From positions 4,464,001 to 4,528,000 of the forward strand of contig OZ059896.1 in the NCBI GenBank assembly GCA_964057225.1: DNA of 64,000 nt, given 5' to 3'. The position numbers and the translations under genes are program-made. Positions 1-11,356 of the stretch are shown piece by piece. The notes under the pieces were generated by a model. It had not been told where the DNA came from, made no database searches, and was given only the letters and a program-made list of their open reading frames with translations. The stretch's first letter is position 1. The number at the start of each line of letters is the position of its first letter. The stretch is from Auanema rhodensis (Eukaryota > Animalia > Nematoda).

Positions 1-176
1 GTTTTTAGACTAATATGGACATGGGGAATCTAATTTTGAAAACCGCATCTCTTTATCTTTCACGTGAAGCGAGTTACATACCAAGTGCACATCACGTGTA
101 CATTTAATTAGCATAAATTAAAGTTCACGTAAATTTCAAAGTCATGGTTACCATGCACCAATATTAATAAAAATTT
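1..176 (+). repeat. Representative 176-bp monomer (phase arbitrary)
   Basis: First full period; matches the consensus except C165T. Consensus has 57/176 G+C and 5 CpGs. Confidence 0.98.
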
Positions 177-3100
177 GTTTTTAGACTAATATGGACATGG
201 GGAATCTAATTTTGAAAACCGCATCTCTTTATCTTTCAAGTGAAGCGAGTTACATACCAAGTGCACATCACGTGTACACTTAATTAGCATAAATTAAAGT
301 TCACGTAAATTTCAAAGTCATGGTTACCATGCACCAATATCAATAAAAATTTGTTTTTAGACTAATATGAACATGGGGAATCTAATTTTGAAAACCGCAT
401 CTCTTTATCTTTCACGTGAAGCGAGTTACATACCAAGTGCACATCACGTGTACACTTAATTAGCATAAATTAAAGTTCACGTAAATTTCAAAGTCATGGT
501 TACCATGCACCAATATCAATAAAAATTTGTTTTTAGACTAATATGAACATGGGGAATCTAATTCTGAAAATCGCATCTCTTTATCTTTCATGTGAAGCGA
601 GTTACATACCAAGTGCACATCACGTGTACATTTAATTAGCATAAATTAAAGTTCACGTAAATTTCAAAGTCATGGTTACCATGAACCAATATCAATAAAA
701 ACTTGTTTTTAGACTAATATGGACATGGGGAATCTAATTTTGAAAACCGCATCTCTTTATCTTTCACGTGAAGCGAGTTACATACCAAGTGCACATCACG
801 TGTACATTTAATTAGCATAAATTAAAGTTCACGTAAATTTCAAAGTCATGGTTACCATGCACCAATATTAATAAAAATTTGTTTTTAGACTAATATGGAC
901 ATGGGGAATCTAATTTTGAAAACCGCATCTCTTTATCTTTCACGTGAAGCGAGTTACATACCAAGTGCACATCACGTGTACATTTAATTAGCATAAATTA
1001 AAGTTCACGTAAATTTCAAAGTCATGGTTACCATGAACCAATATCAATAAAAATTTGTTTTTAGACTAATATGGACATGGGGAATCTAATTTTGAAAACC
1101 GCATCTCTTTATCTTTCACGTGAAGCGAGTTACATACCAAGTGCACATCACGTGTACATTTAATTAGCATAAATTAAAGTTCACGTAAATTTCAAAGTCA
1201 TGGTTACCATGCACCAATATCAATAAAAATTTGTTTTTAGACTAATATGGACACGGAGAATCTAATTTTGAAAACCGCATCTCTTTATCTTTCACGTGAA
1301 GCGAGTTACATACCAAGTGCACATCACGTGTACATTTAATTAGCATAAATTAAAGTTCACGTAAATTTCAAAGTCATGGTTACCATGCACCAATATCAAT
1401 AAAAATTTGTTTTCAGACTAATTTGGACATGGGGAATCTAATTTTGAAAACCGCATCTCTTTATCTTTCACGTGAAGCGAGTTACATACCAAGTGCACAT
1501 CACGTGTACATTTAATTAGCATAAATTAAAGTTCACGTAAATTTCAAAGTCATGGTTACCATGAACCAATATCAATAAAAATTTGTTTTTAGACTAATAT
1601 GGACATGGGGAATCTAATTTTGAAAACCGCATCTCTTTATCTTTCACGTGAAGCGAGTTACATACCAAGTGCACATCACGTGTACATTTAATTAGCATAA
1701 AGTAAAGTTCACGTAAATTTCAAAGTCATGGTTACCATGCACCAATATCAATAAAAATTTGTTTTTAGACTAATATGGACATGGGGAATCTAATTTTGAA
1801 AATCGCATCTCTTTATCTTTCACGTGAAGCGAGTTACATACCAAGTGCACATCACGTGTACATTTAATTAGCATAAATTAAAGTTCACGTAAATTTCAAA
1901 GTCATGGTTACCATGAACCAATATCAATAAAAATTTGTTTTTAGACTAATATGGACATGGGGAATCTAATTTTGAAAACCGCATCTCTTTATCTTTCACG
2001 TGAAGCGAGTTACATACCAAGTGCACATCACGTGTACATTTAATTAGCATAAATTAAAGTTCACGTAAATTTCAAAGTCATGGTTACCATGCACCAATAT
2101 TAATAAAAATTTGTTTTTAGACTAATATGGACATGGGGAATCTAATTTTGAAAACCGCATCTCTTTATCTTTCACGTGAAGCGAGTTACATACCAAGTGC
2201 ACATCACGTGTACATTTAATTAGCATAAATTAAAGTTCACGTAAATTTCAAAGTCATGGTTACCATGAACCAATATCAATAAAAATTTGTTTTTAGACTA
2301 ATATGGACATGGGGAATCTAATTTTGAAAACCGCATCTCTTTATCTTTCACGTGAAGCGAGTTACATACCAAGTGCACATCACGTGTACATTTAATTAGC
2401 ATAAATTAAAGTTCACGTAAATTTCAAAGTCATGGTTACCATGAACCAATATCAATAAAAATTTGTTTTTAGACTAATTTGGACATGGGGAATCTAATTT
2501 TGAAAACCGCATCTCTTTATCTTTCAAGTGAAGCGAGTTACATACCAAGTGCACATCACGTGTACATTTAATTAGCATAAATTAAAGTTCACGTAAATTT
2601 CAAAGTCATGGTTACCATGAACCAATATCAATAAAAATTTGTTTTTAGACTAATATGGACATGGGGAATCTAATTTTGAAAACCGCATCTCTTTATCTTT
2701 CACGTGAAGCGAGTTACATACCAAGTGCACATCACGTGTACATTTAATTAGCATAAATTAAAGTTCACGTAAATTTCAAAGTCATGGTTACCATGAACCA
2801 ATATCAATAAAAATTTGTTTTTAGACTAATATGGACATGGGGAATCTAATTTTGAAAATCGCATCTCTTTATCTTTCACGTGAAGCGAGTTACATACCAA
2901 GTGCACATCACGTGTACATTTAATTAGCATAAATTAAAGTTCACGTAAATTTCAAAGTCATGGTTACCATGAACCAATATCAATAAAAATTTGTTTTCAG
3001 ACTAATTTGGACATGGGGAATCTAATTTTGAAAACCGCATCTCTTTATCTTTCAAGTGAAGCGAGTTACATACCAAGTGCACATCACGTGTACATTTAAT

Positions 3101-5999
3101 TAGCATAAATTAAAGTTCACGTAAATTTCAAAGTCATGGTTACCATGAACCAATATCAATAAAAATTTGTTTTTAAACTAATATGGACATGGGGAATCTA
3201 ATTTTGAAAACCGCATCTCTTTATCTTTCACGTGAAGCGAGTTACATACCAAGTGCACATCACGTGTACATTTAATTAGCATAAAGTAAAGTTCACGTAA
3301 ATTTCAAAGTCATGGTTACCATGCACCAATATCAATAAAAATTTGTTTTTAGACTAATATGGACATGGGGAATCTAATTCTGAAAATCGCATCTCTTTAT
3401 CTTTCATGTGAAGCGAGTTACATACCAAGTGCACATCACGTGTACATTTAATTAGCATAAATTAAAGTTCACGTAAATTTCAAAGTCATGGTTACCATGA
3501 ACCAATATCAATAAAAATTTGTTTTTAGACTAATATGGACATGGGGAATCTAATTTTGAAAACCGCATCTCTTTATCTTTCACGTGAAGCGAGTTACATA
3601 CCAAGTGCACATCACGTGTACATTTAATTAGCATAAATTAAAGTTCACGTAAATTTCAAAGTCATGGTTACCATGCACCAATATTAATAAAAATTTGTTT
3701 TTAGACTAATATGGACATGGGGAATCTAATTTTGAAAACCGCATCTCTTTATCTTTCAAGTGAAGCGAGTTACATACCAAGTGCACATCACGTGTACACT
3801 TAATTAGCATAAATTAAAGTTCACGTAAATTTCAAAGTCATGGTTACCATGCACCAATTTCAATAAAAATTTGTTTTTTGACTAATATGAACATGGGGAA
3901 TCTAATTTTGAAAACCGCATCTCTTTATCTTTCACGTGAAGCGAGTTACATACCAAGTGCACATAACGTGTACATTTAATTAGCATAAATTAAAGTTCAC
4001 GTAAATTTCAAAGTCATGGTTACCATGCACCAATATCAATAAAAATTTGTTTTTAGACTAATATGGACATGGAGAATTTAATTTTGAAAACCGCATCTCT
4101 TTATCTTTCACGTGAAGCGAGTTACATACCAAGTGCACATCACGTGTACATTTAATTAGCATAAAGTAAAGTTCACGTAAATTTCAAAGTCATGGTTACC
4201 ATGCACCAATATCAATAAAAAATTGTTTTTAGACTAATATGGACATGGGGAATCTAATTTTGAAAACCGCATCTCTTTATCTTTCACGTGAAGCGAGTTA
4301 CATACCAAGTGCACATCACGTGTACATTTAATTAGCATAAATTAAAGTTCACGTAAATTTCAAAGTCATGGTTACCATGCACCAATATTAATAAAAATTT
4401 GTTTTTAGACTAATATGGACATGGGGAATCTAATTTTGAAAACCGCATCTCTTTATCTTTCAAGTGAAGCGAGTTACATACCAAGTGCACATCACGTGTA
4501 CACTTAATTAGCATAAATTAAAGTTCACGTAAATTTCAAAGTCATGGTTACCATGCACCAATATCAATAAAAATTTGTTTTTAGACTAATATGAACATGG
4601 GGAATCTAATTTTGAAAACCGCATCTCTTTATCTTTCACGTGAAGCGAGTTACATACCAAGTGCACATCACGTGTACACTTAATTAGCATAAATTAAAGT
4701 TCACGTAAATTTCAAAGTCATGGTTACCATGCACCAATATCAATAAAAATTTGTTTTTAGACTAATATGAACATGGGGAATCTAATTCTGAAAATCGCAT
4801 CTCTTTATCTTTCAAGTGAAGCGAGTTACATACCAAGTGCACATCACGTGTACACTTAATTAGCATAAATTAAAGTTCACGTAAATTTCAAAGTCATGGT
4901 TACCATGCACCAATATCAATAAAAATTTGTTTTTAGACTAATATGAACATGGGGAATCTAATTTTGAAAACCGCATCTCTTTATCTTTCACGTGAAGCGA
5001 GTTACATACCAAGTGCACATCACGTGTACACTTAATTAGCATAAATTAAAGTTCACGTAAATTTCAAAGTCATGGTTACCATGCACCAATATCAATAAAA
5101 ATTTGTTTTTAGACTAATATGAACATGGGGAATCTAATTCTGAAAATCGCATCTCTTTATCTTTCATGTGAAGCGAGTTACATACCAAGTGCACATCACG
5201 TGTACATTTAATTAGCATAAATTAAAGTTCACGTAAATTTCAAAGTCATGGTTACCATGCACCAATATCAATAAAAATTTGTTTTTAGACTAATATGAAC
5301 ATGGGGAATCTAATTCTGAAAATCGCATCTCTTTATCTTTCAAGTGAAGCGAGTTACATACCAAGTGCACATCACGTGTACACTTAATTAGCATAAATTA
5401 AAGTTCACGTAAATTTCAAAGTCATGGTTACCATGCACCAATATCAATAAAAATTTGTTTTTAGACTAATATGAACATGGGGAATCTAATTTTGAAAACC
5501 GCATCTCTTTATCTTTCACGTGAAGCGAGTTACATACCAAGTGCACATCACGTGTACACTTAATTAGCATAAATTAAAGTTCACGTAAATTTCAAAGTCA
5601 TGGTTACCATGCACCAATATCAATAAAAATTTGTTTTTAGACTAATATGAACATGGGGAATCTAATTCTGAAAATCGCATCTCTTTATCTTTCATGTGAA
5701 GCGAGTTACATACCAAGTGCACATCACGTGTACATTTAATTAGCATAAATTAAAGTTCACGTAAATTTCAAAGTCATGGTTACCATGAACCAATATCAAT
5801 AAAAACTTGTTTTTAGACTAATATGGACATGGGGAATCTAATTTTGAAAACCGCATCTCTTTATCTTTCACGTGAAGCGAGTTACATACCAAGTGCACAT
5901 CACGTGTACATTTAATTAGCATAAATTAAAGTTCACGTAAATTTCAAAGTCATGGTTACCATGCACCAATATTAATAAAAATTTGTTTTTAGACTAATA

Positions 6000-8900
6000 T
6001 GGACATGGGGAATCTAATTTTGAAAACCGCATCTCTTTATCTTTCAAGTGAAGCGAGTTACATACCAAGTGCACATCACGTGTACACTTAATTAGCATAA
6101 ATTAAAGTTCACGTAAATTTCAAAGTCATGGTTACCATGCACCAATTTCAATAAAAATTTGTTTTTAGACTAATATGAACATGGGGAATCTAATTTTGAA
6201 AACCGCATCTCTTTATCTTTCACGTGAAGCGAGTTACATACCAAGTGCACATAACGTGTACATTTAATTAGCATAAATTAAAGTTCACGTAAATTTCAAA
6301 GTCATGGTTACCATGCACCAATATCAATAAAAATTTGTTTTTAGACTAATATGGATATGGAGAATTCAATTTTGAAAACCGCATCTCTTTATCTTTCACG
6401 TGAAGCGAGTTACATACCAAGTGCACATCACGTGTACATTTAATTAGCATAAAGTAAAGTTCACGTAAATTTCAAAGTCATGGTTACCATGCACCAATAT
6501 CAATAAAAATTTGTTTTAAGACTAATATGGACATGGGGAATCTAATTTTGAAAATCGCATCTCTTTATCTTTCACGTGAAGCGAGTTACATACCAAGTGC
6601 ACATCACGTGTACATTTAATTAGCATAAATTAAAGTTCACGTAAATTTCAAAGTCATGGTTACCATGAACCAATATCAATAAAAATTTGTTTTTAGACTA
6701 ATATGGACATGGGGAATCTAATTTTGAAAACCGCATCTCTTTATCTTTCACGTGAAGCGAGTTACATACCAAGTGCACATCACGTTTACATTTAATTAGC
6801 ATAAATTAAAGTTCACGTAAATTTCAAAGTCATGGTTACCATGCACCAATATTAATAAAAATTTGTTTTTAGACTAAAATGGACATGGGGAATCTAATTT
6901 TGAAAACCGCATCTCTTTATCTTTCACGTGAAGCGAGTTACATACCAAGTGCACATCACGTGTACATTTAATTAGCATAAATTAAAGTTCACGTAAATTT
7001 CAAAGTCATGGTTACCATGAACCAATATCAATAAAAATTTGTTTTTAGACTAATATGGACATGGGGAATCTAATTTTGAAAACCGCATCTCTTTATCTTT
7101 CACGTGAAGCGAGTTACATACCAAGTGCACATCACGTGTACATTTAATTAACATAAATTAAAGTTCACGTAAATTTCAAAGTCATGGTTACCATGCACCA
7201 ATATCAATAAAAATTTGTTTTTAGACTAATATGGACATGGAGAATCTAATTTTGAAAACCGCATCTCTTTATCTTTCACGTGAAACGAGTTACATACCAA
7301 GTGCACATCACGTGTACATTTAATTAGCATAAATTAAAGTTCACGTAAATTTCAAAGTCATGGTTACCATGCACCAATATCAATAAAAATTTATTTTTAG
7401 ACTAATATGGACATGGGGAATCTAATTTTGAAAACCGCATCTCTTTATCTTTCACGTGAAGCGAGTTACATACCAAGTGCACATCACGTGTACACTTAAT
7501 TAGCATAAATTAAAGTTCACGTAAATTTCAAAGTCATGGTTACCATGCACCAATATCAATAAAAATTTGTTTTTAGACTAATATGGACATGGGGAATCTA
7601 ATTTTGAAAACCGCATCTCTTTATCTTTCAAGTGAAGCGAGTTACATACCAAGTGCACATCACGTGTACACTTAATTAGCATAAATTAAAGTTCACGTAA
7701 ATTTCAAAGTCATGGTTACCATGCACCAATATCAATAAAAATTTGTTTTTAGACTAATATGAACATGGGGAATCTAATTTTGAAAACCGCATCTCTTTAT
7801 CTTTCACGTGAAGCGAGTTACATACCAAGTGCACATAACGTGTACATTTAATTAGCATAAATTAAAGTTCACGTAAATTTCAAAGTCATGGTTACCATGC
7901 ACCAATATCAATAAAAATTTGTTTTTAGACTAATATGGACATGGAGAATTTAATTTTGAAAACCGCATCTCTTTATCTTTCACGTGAAGCGAGTTACATA
8001 CCAAGTGCACATCACGTGTACATTTAATTAGCATAAAGTAAAGTTCACGTAAATTTCAAAGTCATGGTTACCATGCACCAATATCAATAAAAATTTGTTT
8101 TTAGACTAATATGGACATGGGGAATCTAATTTTGAAAATCGCATCTCTTTATCTTTCACGTGAAGCGAGTTACATACCAAGTGCACATCACGTGTACATT
8201 TAATTAGCATAAATTAAAGTTCACGTAAATTTCAAAGTCATGGTTACCATGAACCAATATCAATAAAAATTTGTTTTTAGACTAATATGGACATGGGGAA
8301 TCTAATTTTGAAAACCGCATCTCTTTATCTTTCACGTGAAGCGAGTTACATACCAAGTGCACATCACGTTTACATTTAATTAGCATAAATTAAAGTTCAC
8401 GTAAATTTCAAAGTCATGGTTACCATGCACCAATATTAATAAAAATTTGTTTTTAGACTAAAATGGACATGGGGAATCTAATTTTGAAAACCGCATCTCT
8501 TTATCTTTCACGTGAAGCGAGTTACATACCAAGTGCACATCACGTGTACATTTAATTAGCATAAATTAAAGTTCACGTAAATTTCAAAGTCATGGTTACC
8601 ATGAACCAATATCAATAAAAATTTGTTTTTAGACTAATATGGACATGGGGAATCTAATTTTGAAAACCGCATCTCTTTATCTTTCACGTGAAGCGAGTTA
8701 CATACCAAGTGCACATCACGTGTACATTTAATTAGCATAAATTAAAGTTCACGTAAATTTCAAAGTCATGGTTACCATGCACCAATATCAATAAAAATTT
8801 GTTTTTAGACTAATATGGACATGGAGAATCTAATTTTGAAAACCGCATCTCTTTATCTTTCACGTGAAGCGAGTTACATACCAAGTGCACATCACGTGTA

Positions 8901-11356
8901 CATTTAATTAGCATAAATTAAAGTTCACGTAAATTTCAAAGTCATGGTTACCATGCACCAATATCAATAAAAATTTGTTTTTAGACTAATATGGACATGG
9001 GGAATCTAATTTTGAAAACCGCATCTCTTTATCTTTCACGTGAAGCGAGTTACATACCAAGTGCACATCACGTGTACACTTAATTAGCATAAATTAAAGT
9101 TCACGTAAATTTCAAAGTCATGGTTACCATGCACCAATATCAATAAAAATTTGTTTTTAGACTAATATGGACATGGGGAATCTAATTTTGAAAACCGCAT
9201 CTCTTTATCTTTCAAGTGAAGCGAGTTACATACCAAGTGCACATCACGTGTACATTTAATTAGCATAAATTAAAGTTCACGTAAATTTCAAAGTCATGGT
9301 TACCATGCACCAATATCAATAAAAATTTGTTTTTAGACTAATATGGACATGGGGAATCTAATTTTGAAAACCGCATCTCTTTATCTTTCACGTGAAGCGA
9401 GTTACATACCAAGTGCACATCACGTGTACATTTAATTAGCATAAATTAAAGTTCACGTAAATTTCAAAGTCATGGTTACCATGCACCAATATCGATAAAA
9501 ATTTGTTTTTAGACTAATATGAACATGGGGAATCTAATTTTGAAAACCGCATCTCTTTATCTTTCACGTGAAGCGAGTTACATACCAAGTGCACATCACG
9601 TGTACATTTAATTAGCATAAATTAAAGTTCACGTAAATTTCAAAGTCATGGTTACCATGCACCAATATCAATAAAAATTTGTTTTTAGAATAATATGGAC
9701 ATGGGGAATCTAATTTTGAAAACCGCATCTCTTTATCTTTCACGTGAAGCGAGTTACATACCAAGTGCACATCACGTGTACACTTAATTAGCATAAATTA
9801 ATGTTCACGTAAATTTCAAAGTCATGGTTACCATGCACCAATATCAATAAAAATTTGTTTTTAGACTAATATGGACATGGGGAATCTAATTTTGGAAATC
9901 GCATCTCTTTATCTTTCACGTGAAGCGAGTTACATACCAAGTGCACATCACGTGTACATTTAATTAGCATAAATTAAAGTTCACGTAAATTTCAAAGTCA
10001 TGGTTACCATGAACCAATATCAATAAAAATTTGTTTTTAGACTAATATGGACATGGGGAATCTAATTTTGAAAACCGCATCTCTTTATCTTTCACGTGAA
10101 GCGAGTTACATACCAAGTGCACATCACGTTTACATTTAATTAGCATAAATTAAAGTTCACGTAAATTTCAAAGTCATGGTTACCATGCACCAATATTAAT
10201 GAAAATTTGTTTTTAGACTAAAATGGACATGGGGAATCTAATTTTGAAAACCGCATCTCTTTATCTTTCACGTGAAGCGAGTTACATACCAAGTGCACAT
10301 CACGTGTACATTTAATTAGCATAAATTAAAGTTCACGTAAATTTCAAAGTCATGGTTACCATGAACCAATATCAATAAAAATTTGTTTTTAGACTAATAT
10401 GGACATGGGGAATCTAATTTTGAAAACCGCATCTCTTTATCTTTCACGTGAAGCGAGTTACATACCAAGTGCACATCACGTGTACATTTAATTAGCATAA
10501 ATTAAAGTTCACGTAAATTTCAAAGTCATGGTTACCATGCACCAATATCAATAAAAATTTGTTTTTAGACTAATATGGACATGGAGAATCTAATTTTGAA
10601 AACCGCATCTCTTTATCTTTCACGTGAAGCGAGTTACATACCAAGTGCACATCACGTGTACATTTAATTAGCATAAATTAAAGTTCACGTAAATTTCAAA
10701 GTCATGGTTACCATGCACCAATATCAATAAAAATTTGTTTTTAGACTAATATGGACATGGGGAATCTAATTTTGAAAACCGCATCTCTTTATCTTTCACG
10801 TGAAGCGAGTTACATACCAAGTGCACATCACGTGTACACTTAATTAGCATAAATTAAAGTTCACGTAAATTTCAAAGTCATGGTTACCATGCACCAATAT
10901 CAATAAAAATTTGTTTTTAGACTAATATGGACATGGGGAATCTAATTTTGAAAACCGCATCTCTTTATCTTTCAAGTGAAGCGAGTTACATACCAAGTGC
11001 ACATCACGTGTACATTTAATTAGCATAAATTAAAGTTCACGTAAATTTCAAAGTCATGGTTACCATGCACCAATATCAATAAAAATTTGTTTTTAGACTA
11101 ATATGGACATGGGGAATCTAATTTTGAAAACCGCATCTCTTTATCTTTCACGTGAAGCGAGTTACATACCAAGTGCACATCACGTGTACATTTAATTAGC
11201 ATAAATTAAAGTTCACGTAAATTTCAAAGTCATGGTTACCATGCACCAATATCGATAAAAATTTGTTTTTAGACTAATATGAACATGGGGAATCTAATTT
11301 TGAAAACCGCATCTCTTTATCTTTCACGTGAAGCGAGTTACATACCAAGTGCACAT
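6000..11356 (+). repeat. Three related 9-10-monomer blocks (local higher-order repeat)
   Basis: G98T (CACGTTTACA) at 6786, 8370, 10130 and T14A (ACTAAAATGG) at 6878, 8462, 10222 give offsets 1584 (9x176) and 1760 (10x176). ATCGATAA at 9494 and 11254 is also offset by 1760. Confidence 0.85.

Noticed and set aside
107-171. Octamer-like ATTAGCAT (107-114), CCAAT (158-162) and AATAAA (166-171) as promoter or polyadenylation signals
   Set aside because: Short motifs are expected by chance in AT-rich DNA, and no transcription unit is present.
1-176. Identity with known 176-178-bp satellites (Brassica CentBr, Arabidopsis CEN178, honeybee AluI) or alpha satellite
   Set aside because: Only the length is similar. 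The consensus has no HindIII (AAGCTT) or AluI (AGCT) site and does not resemble those sequences as I recall them. BLAST is needed for a definitive answer.
1-176. CENP-B box
   Set aside because: No TTCG-N4-A-N2-CGGG on either strand; the consensus contains neither CGGG nor CCCG.
1-176. Tandem 5S rRNA, tRNA, snRNA or spliced-leader gene unit
   Set aside because: No recognisable 5S sequence, cloverleaf or Pol III B box. The low GC and the lack of gene/spacer partitioning argue against it. An Rfam/Infernal scan would settle this.
9612-9794. 60-aa minus-strand ORF (MLIKCTRDVH...)
   Set aside because: It is one satellite monomer read through because C10A at 9690 changes a minus-strand TAG to TAT. 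It has no recognisable domain or gene context.
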